From the NCBI GenBank assembly GCA_046290225.1, contig JBKAGE010000078.1, positions 32,001 to 96,000 on the forward strand: 64,000 nucleotides of DNA. Direction: 5' to 3'. Below, one piece after another: positions 22,024 through 33,797 of the stretch. The translations under genes were made by a program, and so were the position numbers. Position 1 is the first letter of the stretch. Each line of letters begins with the position of its first letter. The notes under the pieces are model-generated. The model was not told where the DNA came from. It did not search any database and was given only the letters and a program-made list of their open reading frames with translations. The DNA is from Bradymonadia bacterium. Its GTDB lineage: Bacteria; Myxococcota_A; Bradymonadia; UBA7976; UBA1532.

Positions 22024-24954
22024 ATGAGATCTCGAATGCTCAAGAGCCACATGCTCCAAAAACTGTGGGCGCCATCTGTGCTGGTGCTGCTCACGGCCCT
22101 GGTGGCCGGGGGCTGTGACGACGGCGACAGCGAAGCAGATCCCACGCCAGATCGCGGCTTGGAACTGCCCGACGCCGAGGTCGTCGTGCCTGACGCCGAA
22201 GTGCCAGAGGCTGATGCTGAACCTCAAATGCCCGACGCCGAGCTGGTCGAGCCTGATGAGGGCATCGAAGAGCCCACTGAAGATCTGACCCTCAACTCGA
22301 TCATCCCCCCCCAAGGGGTGGTGACCGGGGGCACTGAGGTGCGCATCATCGGCTCGGGCTTCTACGAGGGTCTCAACATCCGTTTCGACAACATTCCCTG
22401 CCAGTCTCTTGAGATCGAGAGCCTCAACCGGGCCCGGTGCGTCACGCCTCCCGGCACGGTGGGCACCGCGGCGGTGACTGCGGTGGTGCAGGCGGGCGAC
22501 GGGCTCCAGAACGCCGAGCTCGAGGGTGGCTTCACCTACTTCGAGCAGGTGGTGCTGTTCTCGGTGGAGCCCAACCGCAGCCCTTTGCGCGGTGGCGTGC
22601 CTCTCACCATCTCCGGTGCGGGCCTCGTTGAGGGCTCTCGGGTGACCATCGGCGATCTGCCAGTGCCCATGATCAACCTCGAAGAAGATGGTGACATCAC
22701 ATTGCTGGCACCCCCAGCGATGGATCCGGGCCCTGTGGATGTCACGGTGACCAACCCCAACGGGCAAGCCACCCTGCAGGGCGCGCTCTTCTACTATGAG
22801 GGCCTGCAGCTCGACGCTCTAGAGCCCCCACTCGGCCCCGTGAGCGGCGGCACGCCCGTTCAGCTGCTGGGCAACGGCTTGAGGGACGACAGCCGCATCA
22901 CCTTCGGGGATCGCCCCGCCGAGGCCCTCAGCGCCGAGGACGGCCGCACCCGCTTGCTCACCAACGCCCCCCCTGCTGCTGAAGCCGGCCCCGTGGACGT
23001 GACGGTGGAGAACGAGAACGGCACCGTGGTGCTCTCCCGGGGCTTCGTCTACTTCGACGACAACGCGCCAGGCTTCTCCGTGAGCGGTGTGGTGCCCGAG
23101 GCGGGCCCCGTTGAAGGTGGCAATGACATCTTCGTGGGTGGGACGGGCTTCACCGCCGAGACCGAGGTGGCCTTCGACGGCGCCACTCTCAACTGCGAGA
23201 CCCTCGACGCCAACCGTATCCGCTGTACTGCTCCGCCCCGCGGTGTGGGCCCCGTAGATGTGCAGGTGGCTGATCCTGCTGGGAACGCCATCCTCGCTGA
23301 TGGCTACACCTACTTCGAGACACTCAACCTCTTCGCAGTGTCTCCTGAGCGCGGCTCCGTCGCTGGCGGCACCGTGGTCACCCTCGTGGGTACGGGCTTC
23401 ACCGCCGACATGGAGGTGGACTTCGGCGGCCTTGCCCTCCAGCAACTGGAGATCATCGACGAGTCCACGGTGATCGGGGTGACCCCCGCGAACACCTCCG
23501 GGCCCATCACGGTGGGGATCTCCACCCCCTACGCCCGCTCTCGCATCGAAGATGGCTACACCTACTTCAACCCCATCAACCGCTTCGGTGGCGTCTGGGG
23601 TGAGGTCATCGACGGCGCGGTGAACATCACAGTGCTCAACAGCAACACCGGGCAGCCAGAGCCCGAGGTGGCGGCCCTGGCCATCACCGAGGACGAGGCC
23701 ATCAGCCTCGAAGGGCTCACCAACGAGAACGGTCAGCTGACCCTCTCCACTCCCGGTTTGCGGGGGCCACTCAACATCACCGCCGCCAAGGCAGGCTTCG
23801 AGGTCACCACCGTGGAAGACGTCGAGGCTGAGAACGTCACCATCTACCTCATCCCCAACGAGTCTGAAGATGGTGATCCGCCTCCCGGTGTGCCGGCGGC
23901 GATCCTCCGGGGCACGGTGACAGGCCTCGACGCCCTGCCCAAGCCCGTGAACGAGCGGTTCGTGAACGTGATCGTGGTGGAGACCACCCACACGACCCCC
24001 TACAACCGCAATCGCCTGCCCCCTCCGGGGGCCAACGGCCTGCTCTTCGAGGATGGCCCCTTCGAGATCATCGCCCGTCCGGGTGAACTGGCCATCGTAG
24101 CCACCGCCGGTGAGCTCGATCGACAGGCCCTCGCCAACTACCAGGAGGGCACCATCGACTACTGGACGATGCGTCAGAGCCTGAACCCGCTGGCCATGGG
24201 CCTGCGGCGCTTCATCTCGGCGAGCCCGGGCCAGGAGATCGACGACCTCAACGTGTTCCTCGACCACCGGATGGATCTCGACATCCCCGTCGATCTCGAC
24301 AACCCCCCTGCGGGGCCTGATCCGGGGCCGTCGTTCTACGCGTGCCTGCCTCGACTCAACCTGGGCGCTGAGGGGTACTGGGAGCTGGATACCCAGGCGG
24401 TCTCCGTGAGCCCCGCCCTCGATCTGCGGCGCATGCCGGGCCTCGATGGCTGGGACGCCGACATCACCTACTACCTGATCGGCCTGGGCTTCAGCGCCAC
24501 GGCCGACAACACGCCTATGTCGGTGACCATCGCCGAGACTCGAGACATCGAGGCGGGGGTGCTGATCACCCCCTTCATCGGCGCCCCGATCCTGAACAAC
24601 CCACTGCCCGGGCAGTCCCTTGGTCCCGGCCGCCTGCTCTCCTGGACGATGACCGAGGGCTTCGAAGGGCCCATCCGTCAGAACTCCGCGAGCCTGATTT
24701 TGATCGAGGAGCCTCAGCTCGGCCCACCCAAGCCGCTCTGGCGCTATGTGACCCCCGCAGGCGTCACCGAGGTGGAGCTGCCTCCCCTACCCCGCTCCGC
24801 ACAGGGGGCAGGCCTCGGCAACGGCGTGATGCTGCTCACGGTTTTGCCCTTCATCGTCGACGCGAACTTCGACTTCGACGACTTCACCTACGACGATCTG
24901 AACCAGCTCACGTGGCGGGCGTGGTCACAGGTGAACAGCAACTTCTTCCAATAA
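22024..24954 (+). CDS. IPT/TIG repeat lipoprotein with C-terminal beta-sandwich domains
   Basis: Lipobox LVAGGC; five IPT/TIG repeats (P..G...GGT.V.I.G.GF ... FTYF); strongly acidic. Start may be GTG 22000. Confidence 0.88.
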   Translation: MRSRMLKSHMLQKLWAPSVLVLLTALVAGGCDDGDSEADPTPDRGLELPDAEVVVPDAEVPEADAEPQMPDAELVEPDEGIEEPTEDLTLNSIIPPQGVVTGGTEVRIIGSGFYEGLNIRFDNIPCQSLEIESLNRARCVTPPGTVGTAAVTAVVQAGDGLQNAELEGGFTYFEQVVLFSVEPNRSPLRGGVPLTISGAGLVEGSRVTIGDLPVPMINLEEDGDITLLAPPAMDPGPVDVTVTNPNGQATLQGALFYYEGLQLDALEPPLGPVSGGTPVQLLGNGLRDDSRITFGDRPAEALSAEDGRTRLLTNAPPAAEAGPVDVTVENENGTVVLSRGFVYFDDNAPGFSVSGVVPEAGPVEGGNDIFVGGTGFTAETEVAFDGATLNCETLDANRIRCTAPPRGVGPVDVQVADPAGNAILADGYTYFETLNLFAVSPERGSVAGGTVVTLVGTGFTADMEVDFGGLALQQLEIIDESTVIGVTPANTSGPITVGISTPYARSRIEDGYTYFNPINRFGGVWGEVIDGAVNITVLNSNTGQPEPEVAALAITEDEAISLEGLTNENGQLTLSTPGLRGPLNITAAKAGFEVTTVEDVEAENVTIYLIPNESEDGDPPPGVPAAILRGTVTGLDALPKPVNERFVNVIVVETTHTTPYNRNRLPPPGANGLLFEDGPFEIIARPGELAIVATAGELDRQALANYQEGTIDYWTMRQSLNPLAMGLRRFISASPGQEIDDLNVFLDHRMDLDIPVDLDNPPAGPDPGPSFYACLPRLNLGAEGYWELDTQAVSVSPALDLRRMPGLDGWDADITYYLIGLGFSATADNTPMSVTIAETRDIEAGVLITPFIGAPILNNPLPGQSLGPGRLLSWTMTEGFEGPIRQNSASLILIEEPQLGPPKPLWRYVTPAGVTEVELPPLPRSAQGAGLGNGVMLLTVLPFIVDANFDFDDFTYDDLNQLTWRAWSQVNSNFFQ

Positions 24955-25060
24955 CGCCCCGCACCTGCCACCCTGCCCGGCGCCCTTCTGGCTCAGTTCA
25001 ACACGCGTGTTTGACGCTCTCTGCACCTTCATCACCGGAGGTGTGTTGAAGGAGTTCGAC

Positions 25061-26065
25061 GTGAAGATGTGGTCTCGCCTTTCTCTCCTGGGTGCCCTTG
25101 CTCTGACTGGCTGCGGCGCGTCACCCACCGGCATCCCGACACCGACACAAACCCAGAAGCGGGTCACCATCGCGCAAGAGGGCCCAAAGCTTCGGGTCGC
25201 CGTGGGTGAGTTTGGCGTCGACCCTGCAGTGCAGGCAGTGCTCACTGAGATGAAGTGGGAGGGCATCACCCCGCTCATCGCCGAGCAGGTGGTCACCGGC
25301 CTGACCCAGAGCGGGCGGGTGGCGGTCCTCGAGCGCAGCCAGCTCGACAAGTTGATCAAGAACATGAAGGTGGAGACCGACAGCGACACCGCTGAGTACT
25401 TCGATCAGTCCACCACCGCCGAAAAGGGCAAGTTCCTTGGGGCCCAGGTGGTCTTTGTCGGTGCCATCACCGAGGTGGAGCCCAACGTCTCCGGCTCGAG
25501 CTCGGGCATCAACGTGGAGAGCCTCGGCAACGCCAAATTCCACACCGACAAGGCTGTCGTGGGCATCGACGTGCGCCTCGTGGACCAGGAGACCGGGCGG
25601 GTGCTGCACGCAGCCCACGCCCAGGGCGTCGTCTCCACCGAGAAGTTCGAAGGACAGCTGAGCTACCTCAATGTCGACGTCGGTGGCCAGTCGTGGTCGA
25701 AGACCCCACTGGGCATCGCCACCCGCGAAGCGGCCAACGACGCCATCGCCCAGCTGACGACCGCCATGAAGACCATCCCCTGGGAGGCACCGGTCGTGGG
25801 CGCTCAGGGCGAGAAACTGTTCATCGGCGCAGGACTCAACGCCAATCTCAAGAAGGGCGACCGGTTCACCCTGATGAGCCGTGGAGAGGCCATCACCGAT
25901 ATGGAAGGCAACGTCATCGGCTATGACGAGCGCGACATCGGGCAGGTAGAAGTCCAGTCGGTCCAGGACAAAATGAGCGTAGCCACCGTGAACCTCACTG
26001 AAGAGGCTGCTGCCCCCAAACGGGGTGATGTGGTGCGTCTCTCTGTCGAGGAGCCAGGTCATTGA
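25061..26065 (+). CDS. CsgG/HfaB-family lipoprotein with FlgT-like C-terminal beta domain
   Basis: AAGGAG RBS; lipobox LALTGC; LTQSGRVAVLERSQLD, FVGAITE, VGIDVRLVDQETGRVL; C-terminal LFIGAG..ANLKKGDRF. Confidence 0.82.
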   Translation: MKMWSRLSLLGALALTGCGASPTGIPTPTQTQKRVTIAQEGPKLRVAVGEFGVDPAVQAVLTEMKWEGITPLIAEQVVTGLTQSGRVAVLERSQLDKLIKNMKVETDSDTAEYFDQSTTAEKGKFLGAQVVFVGAITEVEPNVSGSSSGINVESLGNAKFHTDKAVVGIDVRLVDQETGRVLHAAHAQGVVSTEKFEGQLSYLNVDVGGQSWSKTPLGIATREAANDAIAQLTTAMKTIPWEAPVVGAQGEKLFIGAGLNANLKKGDRFTLMSRGEAITDMEGNVIGYDERDIGQVEVQSVQDKMSVATVNLTEEAAAPKRGDVVRLSVEEPGH

Positions 26066-26958
26066 AGCGGGCTCTACTCACCCTGGCGCTGACCTTCGCC
26101 AGCCCGCTTGTCGCCTCCGCCGAAGATGATCCTTCCACAGTCCAAAGCGGGGTCTACACCCTGACCTCGAAGCTGGTCGACGGGCTCAAGGCCCGCGATC
26201 CAGGTGGCCTGCGTCGCGTGGCAGTACTCCCGTTGGAGGCCCTGGACGAGGAGGCCTCTCGGCACAAGCTCGGCCGCGTGACCTCGGAGTTGATGTCGAG
26301 CAAGCTCCTCGACGAGCCCCGGCTGCTACAGGTGGAGCGTGCTCAGCTCGAGGCGGTGATCGCAGAGCTGAAGCGCAGCGAGTCGGGCGCTCTCGATCCG
26401 GCGGGTGCGGCCTCAGTGGGCAAGCTGCTCGGGGCCAACGCCATCATCCTGGGCACTGTGTCCACCACAGGACCGACCTTCGTCATCACCGCCCGTACAG
26501 TGGACGCAGAGACCGGCGAGGTGCTCAGCGCTGCCGACAGCAGCTTCCCCCGTGGGAGCATGGTGGCTCTGAGCGAAGACATGGTGGAGGTGAAGAGCCG
26601 CACTGGGGCGGCGCTACGCTCTGTAGTGCTGCCTGGATGGGGTCAACTCTACAACGGCGACACCGGACGCGGGGTGACCTACGGCGCGCTCTTCGGCCTT
26701 GCTGCTGCTGGCGCCATCGGCTCCGCGGTCCTGGGGAGCCAGGCAGAGAACGAATACAACGAGAACCGCCCCGACACCGTGGATCGGCGGGCAGACGCCA
26801 ACGATCATTATGATCGCGCCAACATCATGCTGGTGGCCATGGGGGCGGTGTGGGCCGTAGCCCTCGTCGACGCCTGGCTCACCGGAGAGGATCGTGAGCA
26901 GATCGTGGTGAAGCCACTGCCTGGAGGTGGCCAGGCTGGTCTAGGCTGGCGCTTCTGA
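26062..26958 (+). CDS. FlgO/CsgG-like domain protein with DUF5683-like C-terminal membrane region
   Basis: RVAVLPL, VERAQLEAVIAEL, GKLLGANAIILGTV, ARTVDAETGEVL; then ALRSVVLPGWGQLYNG and a terminal aromatic residue (GWRF). Confidence 0.75.
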   Translation: MKRALLTLALTFASPLVASAEDDPSTVQSGVYTLTSKLVDGLKARDPGGLRRVAVLPLEALDEEASRHKLGRVTSELMSSKLLDEPRLLQVERAQLEAVIAELKRSESGALDPAGAASVGKLLGANAIILGTVSTTGPTFVITARTVDAETGEVLSAADSSFPRGSMVALSEDMVEVKSRTGAALRSVVLPGWGQLYNGDTGRGVTYGALFGLAAAGAIGSAVLGSQAENEYNENRPDTVDRRADANDHYDRANIMLVAMGAVWAVALVDAWLTGEDREQIVVKPLPGGGQAGLGWRF

Positions 26959-26985
26959 TCGGCAGGCCCCAGACACGTAGGCCCC

Positions 26986-29244
<2,259 letters not shown>

Positions 29245-29336
29245 GGGCGACGCACCTCCAGGCGATGGGATCGCCCTCAGTGTGCGCTCCCTGACCGCCT
29301 GTTCGCCAGCCGAATCGCTGAGCGTCTCCCACGACC

Positions 29337-30377
29337 TCAGCGCTCAACCTCAGACGACGAACGTAGCAGCGCCTGATGGACCTGCTCGGGGTCATAGCCG
29401 AAGGGGCCCTGATCGCCTGAGTATCGAACCACGCCGCCCTGGATGACATAGAGCCGGATGGGCCAGGCGTTGTAAGCGCGCAGGAGCGCGTTCTCCATGG
29501 TGTCGAGCACCACGTCCATGGACAGCTCCCGTGTCTCGATCAGTCGCTCGGCCATGGCCCGCCGCTCATCCACGCCCTTCGCCTGATAGAAGCAGAAGTC
29601 AGCGTCGCAGGTGAACTCGGGATCCTCACGGTACTGGCCCTCCAGACGCCACTCGTCTTCGGGGTGGGCCTCGGCGATGTAGACGGTGACGAAGCGCACC
29701 CCCTTGGGCTGCCACTCAGCCATGACCCGCTTCAGCTCGGGCAAGCGCCTACGATGATGTGGGCATGAGTATGAGCCGAAGTTGAGCACCACCGGGACGC
29801 CGCCTTCCAGGTAGGTGGAGAGCGCCGCCTCTTGCCCATCCAGGGTAATCGCGGGGCCGTCAGGGGCATGTTGGCCGACGGGCACACCTTCAGCGGTGGG
29901 GGCCCAGCGACCGTAAGCTCGATTGACTGGGCTGTCTTCGGCGGACTGGTTTACCCCCGCCGATTTGAAGATGGCCAGCATCTCCCTGGCCGAGAACGTC
30001 TCAGGCTGCTGTGTGCTGAGCGTGTAGGGGCCCCGGTAGGCGGCGATCATGGCGCTGAGGGCCACGGCGACAAAGGCGAGTTGACGCGCCAACGGGCCAA
30101 TCAAAGCGCAGATCAGGAGGATGAGACCAGCGCTGACGAGGAAGGCACCCTGCACTCTGATGGCAGACTTGATCTCCTTCGGGAGACGCAACCCTCGAGC
30201 AAGGATCCGCACAGGCAGCGCCAGGCCGACGATCAGCGCCAGGGCGCCGATCGAGAGGGCGAACGGTGCAGAGGGCCAAATCAGCGCCAGCGCCGCGATC
30301 GTCAAACCCAACACGCTCTGACCGGCAGCGACCCTACGAAGCCCTGTCGCCGCGGTGAGCCCATCGAGGATGGTCAT
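29337..30377 (-). CDS. Iodothyronine deiodinase-like (thioredoxin-fold) protein, Cys form, fused to an N-terminal multi-TM domain
   Basis: VVLNFGSYSCP, VYIAEAHPEDEW, DTMENALLRAYNAWPIRLYVI, GDQGPFGYDP; about 4 hydrophobic helices at the N-terminus. Confidence 0.85.
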   Translation of the reverse strand: MTILDGLTAATGLRRVAAGQSVLGLTIAALALIWPSAPFALSIGALALIVGLALPVRILARGLRLPKEIKSAIRVQGAFLVSAGLILLICALIGPLARQLAFVAVALSAMIAAYRGPYTLSTQQPETFSAREMLAIFKSAGVNQSAEDSPVNRAYGRWAPTAEGVPVGQHAPDGPAITLDGQEAALSTYLEGGVPVVLNFGSYSCPHHRRRLPELKRVMAEWQPKGVRFVTVYIAEAHPEDEWRLEGQYREDPEFTCDADFCFYQAKGVDERRAMAERLIETRELSMDVVLDTMENALLRAYNAWPIRLYVIQGGVVRYSGDQGPFGYDPEQVHQALLRSSSEVER

Positions 30378-30394
30378 GGGGGTGGCTCCTTTGC

Positions 30395-30721
30395 TCAGCG
30401 CTGGCGTGTGGCACATGCCTGCCGACCATACATGTAGGCGCAGTAGCCGCTCTCACAATCGTTGTCGCTCGCACACGGCCCTCGAGGCCCGCTCTTCCCA
30501 CACCTCTTCCCCCGACCATACCCCTGGTCGACGCAGGCTCCGCTCTCACACTCCTCGGGGCGATCACACTGCTCTCTATCGGGCTTCTTCGGGCCGGTGT
30601 CATCGACGGGCGGCGGAGGCGAAGGTGGCGTCCAGGCATGGGGCGGCGAGGGAGGTGCTCTGTGACTCTCTGTCGATTGGAGCTTCACTGTCCCTGAGTC
30701 GGCCCCAGCGTGTCCTACCAC
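30395..30721 (-). CDS. Small Pro/Cys-rich protein or gene remnant
   Basis: Two C..D.(E/D)CESG.C repeats after a Pro-rich linker; no signal peptide; start uncertain. Confidence 0.45.
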   Translation of the reverse strand: MVGHAGADSGTVKLQSTESHRAPPSPPHAWTPPSPPPPVDDTGPKKPDREQCDRPEECESGACVDQGYGRGKRCGKSGPRGPCASDNDCESGYCAYMYGRQACATRQR

Positions 30722-30972
30722 TCCGGCTCTGGCTTGGGCTTCGCGGAGGGATCGCCCATCGTCCAGATCTCACGGCCGGTCTTGAGGACCTTGCGATGGA
30801 TGTCGGTGCTCTCGGCCCCCTCGGACTCAGCGATGGCCACCAGCTCGGCCTCGTCGGCCTCGGTGCCATCGCAGTAGGCAACGGGACGCTCGCTGTTGGG
30901 CACGCGGACCTGCACCTTGAGCTCGCCTTTGTCCCAGAGCGCGATGGTCTCTCGGTTGTACGGGTGAATCAT
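30715..30972 (-). CDS. Small hypothetical protein
   Basis: GGAGGA RBS before ATG 30972; MIHPYNRETIALWDKG...KTGREIWT; typical codon usage. Confidence 0.65.
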   Translation of the reverse strand: MIHPYNRETIALWDKGELKVQVRVPNSERPVAYCDGTEADEAELVAIAESEGAESTDIHRKVLKTGREIWTMGDPSAKPKPEPEW

Positions 30973-31108
30973 CTCAGTCCTCCAATCTCTTCGTGTACCC
31001 ACCGCATGGGCCTCGCCGAGCATGCGACTGGGCAGCGTCTGGTACAAGGACATCCGCACAGACCAGCGTCGCTTCCCTGCACTGGACCACCGACCTGACG
31101 TCCGCGAG

Positions 31109-31723
31109 TCAGCTGGAACCCTCGGGGGGCCTCATCGAGGCGATGAAGGCCTCGAACGTCGCAAACGCGGGGAAGATGCCCCCAGGGCTCACCTGCATCA
31201 CTGGGGCCTGGGGATCGGATCGGTCAACGGCGAGAAAGAGCGAGTGGGGATCCCCATCGCGGTTGTGTGCGTCGTAGATGTCTCGGCTGATCGGGACATA
31301 CCGCTTCTCGGGGTTGAGCCCGCAGAAGTCCATGTCGCAGATCTGGTTGGACACGATGTCAGCCCACAATACGTGGTCGCTGGCGAACATCGGCACGCCC
31401 GTGAACACATGCTCGGCGAGCTCGACGTTCCGCCCTGCGTTCAGGAAGGCGCGGTATACGGCGGGGAGCGCTCCCCATTTCTCTTCCAAGCGCTCTGCGA
31501 GAGAAGGGAGACCTTCGACGACCTCCTCGGTCCACCCGTCGTCGAGCAGCGCATCACACCACTCTTCGAACGTGTCCTCTGCCTCTCCTTCCCAGTTGCA
31601 CTCTTCATCCTGCCACTCGCCGTCGTTGGTTCGACGCAACACCTGGCAGTAGTCGAGGCACACGACGGTGATGTCGGCTCCACGACGAAATTGTCGAACA
31701 TTGTCCAGCTTCGAGTAGTCCAT
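31109..31723 (-). CDS. SMI1/KNR4 (SUKH)-like protein with WGR-like N-terminal module
   Basis: LEEKWGALPAVYRAFL and FLAVDRSDPQAPVM...FATFEAFI match the SUKH pattern; EDTFEEWCDALLDDGWTE resembles the WGR terminal helix. Confidence 0.6.
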   Translation of the reverse strand: MDYSKLDNVRQFRRGADITVVCLDYCQVLRRTNDGEWQDEECNWEGEAEDTFEEWCDALLDDGWTEEVVEGLPSLAERLEEKWGALPAVYRAFLNAGRNVELAEHVFTGVPMFASDHVLWADIVSNQICDMDFCGLNPEKRYVPISRDIYDAHNRDGDPHSLFLAVDRSDPQAPVMQVSPGGIFPAFATFEAFIASMRPPEGSS

Positions 31724-31805
31724 CCCGTGCTCCACGACAGGGCTCCACAACGACCAAGGTGCACGACGAAAACGCCAACAACCGAAAAATGACGAGCAGA
31801 AACGC

Positions 31806-31839
31806 AAAAAGCCCAGCCGAATGAACGACTGGGCTTTTT
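31806..31839 (-). terminator. Rho-independent (probably bidirectional) terminator downstream of tRNA-fMet
   Basis: Minus strand AAAAA-GCCCAGTCG-TTCATT-CGGCTGGGC-TTTTT. Confidence 0.85.
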
Positions 31840-31872
31840 CGCAACCATCTGAAATTTCAGAGTGGTTTGTGT

Positions 31873-31952
<80 letters not shown>

Positions 31953-31963
31953 GGGTGAGGCGG

Positions 31964-31992
31964 ACTATATGGATGACCCCCTCACCGGTCAA
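31964..31992 (-). promoter_or_regulatory. sigma70 promoter of tRNA-fMet
   Basis: TTGACC-N17-TATAGT, 14 nt upstream of the tRNA, followed by a GC-rich discriminator. Confidence 0.8.
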
Positions 31993-32024
31993 ACAATTTC
32001 TCCAAAAAAGATCACCGACCCCGC

Positions 32025-32768
32025 TTAGGACCGCTTGGCGCCTTTGTTTACGGCTGCTCGCAGCATGCGCAGATCGTCTCGGCGAAGGTGACGCCACTTC
32101 CCTGGCTTGAGCCCCTCGAGGTCGAGGTTCGCAAATCGGATGCGGCGCAGACGGATCACCGGGTGCCCCACGTGGGCCAGCATGCGCTTCACCATGTGGT
32201 TGCGGCCCTCTGCCACCGTCAGCTCCACCCAGTTTGCGTCATCACCGGGGCGACTCGCCCGCTTCGCCTTCAGCGCAATCGCCGGGCCGTCTTCCAGCTC
32301 GATGCCCGCCGTGAGCGCTTTGAGGGCTTCATCAGAGGGGTGTCCCTTCACCTTAGCCCGGTACACCTTCGGCACCTGTGTACGGGGGTGAGCCAGCTGG
32401 GCAGCCAGACTGCCGTCATCGGTGAGCAGCAGCACACCCTCGGCGTCGTAGTCGAGACGGCCCACGGGGAACAGGCGGCGCCCAGTGCCCGTCACGAGAT
32501 CGACCACCGTGCGGCGGCCCAGCTCGTCGGAGAGCGTCGTCACCACCCTGGTGGGCTTCCAGAGGAGCACGTACATGTTGGTCTTGTGCAAGCGCAGTGG
32601 CCGGCCATCGACCAGGATCGTGTCCGTAGACGGATCCGCTTTGGCGCCGAGGGTGTCGACAGTCTCCCCATTCACCGTCACTCGGCCCGCGAGGATGTAG
32701 GCCTCTGCCTTCCGGCGAGAGGTAATGCCCGCCTGGGCGATCAGTTTCTGTATGCGTTCAGCGGCCAT
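32025..32768 (-). CDS. rluB: 23S rRNA pseudouridine synthase (RsuA family, RluB type)
   Basis: ERIQKLIAQAGITSRRKAE (S4 domain), FPVGRLDYDAEG, EGRNHMVKRM. Confidence 0.9.
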   Translation of the reverse strand: MAAERIQKLIAQAGITSRRKAEAYILAGRVTVNGETVDTLGAKADPSTDTILVDGRPLRLHKTNMYVLLWKPTRVVTTLSDELGRRTVVDLVTGTGRRLFPVGRLDYDAEGVLLLTDDGSLAAQLAHPRTQVPKVYRAKVKGHPSDEALKALTAGIELEDGPAIALKAKRASRPGDDANWVELTVAEGRNHMVKRMLAHVGHPVIRLRRIRFANLDLEGLKPGKWRHLRRDDLRMLRAAVNKGAKRS

Positions 32769-33797
32769 TTACAGCTCCACCGGCTCATTCATCACCACAT
32801 CTTGACCGCCGGGCTTGATCCAGCGGCGCATGGCGGGCTTGTCGCTCAAGGGGCGTCCACGCTCGTCCACACGATCGAGACGCACCAGTACCCGACGCTC
32901 CGAAGCAATGTCGATGAAACCTTCGAAGTTCACCGAGAAATGTCGATCGTGCCAGAGGAAGTCACCCTCGATGGCCAGCATCTGCTCGTAGTAGTCGTGC
33001 AGTGCCCGCAGCGCCCCTCGCAGTGCCCGGGCCGGACGCACCACCGAGAGCCCCAGGCGTTTCTCGCAGTCTCTGCGGGTCACGGGGAAGTTGTGGCTGA
33101 GCAGGCCGCCACACATGGCATCGAGAATCTGTTCGACCTGCTGGGCGTTGTCTGGTCCGCTCAGGTGGCTCTCGAGGCAGTGGCGGGCGATTTGGCGCTG
33201 AAGCCGGCGAGCCTTCTCCGTGGCACCCACCACCAGCGGATCGAGTCGATCCACCAACCCGGCGCCGAGCTCCCCGAGGGGGATGCCCTGCACATCGATG
33301 CCGCTGTCGAGGAACTCGATGAAGTGCCGGAAGTCGTCCGCGGTGACCGGGAGCTTCCTCTGACCTTCGAGATCAGCCAGACGAATCCGGACGGGCTCCG
33401 TAGGGGCGAGGCTGGCCATGGGGCCCATGACGAGGTGATCTGCGCCGAGGGCCACCTGACTCGCCGCGGTGCTCGCCGCAAAGGGAATGAGGGCGTCGTA
33501 CCCGTCGAAGAACTCTCTCAAGCTCGACACCAGACGCCAGGACTCCTCGCAGGCTGCGCCGAGGTGCTCGGCGAGCACGTCGATGGTGCCGTCGGCCTTC
33601 TCCGAGAGCGCATCCATCACATCGGTGAGGGGGTGCATCATCTCGGCGTTGAGGCGGGCCCCTCTCACGAGGACCACGGTCATGAGCGGGCGATCCCGCT
33701 CGGCCTCTACAGCCTCGATGAGGCTACGGTTCGCCGTGAGAGGCAGATGCCCCTCCAAGATCTCCGAGAGGCTGCGGCCTGCGACCTGATCTGCCAT
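32769..33797 (-). CDS. SDH-family ClpP-fold serine-protease-like protein, apparently degenerate
   Basis: LIPFAASTAASQVALGADHLVMGPMASLAPTEP and LLSHNFPVTR resemble the family motifs P..A.SAGT..AL.AD.IVMG....LGPIDP and HD.PI. Confidence 0.7.
   Translation of the reverse strand: MADQVAGRSLSEILEGHLPLTANRSLIEAVEAERDRPLMTVVLVRGARLNAEMMHPLTDVMDALSEKADGTIDVLAEHLGAACEESWRLVSSLREFFDGYDALIPFAASTAASQVALGADHLVMGPMASLAPTEPVRIRLADLEGQRKLPVTADDFRHFIEFLDSGIDVQGIPLGELGAGLVDRLDPLVVGATEKARRLQRQIARHCLESHLSGPDNAQQVEQILDAMCGGLLSHNFPVTRRDCEKRLGLSVVRPARALRGALRALHDYYEQMLAIEGDFLWHDRHFSVNFEGFIDIASERRVLVRLDRVDERGRPLSDKPAMRRWIKPGGQDVVMNEPVEL

Noticed and set aside
25061..26958. Curli biogenesis operon
   Set aside because: Only CsgG-like folds are present; no curlin repeats or CsgE/F.
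29755..29790. Selenocysteine recoding in the deiodinase-like gene
   Set aside because: The active-site codon is TGC (Cys); there is no in-frame TGA.
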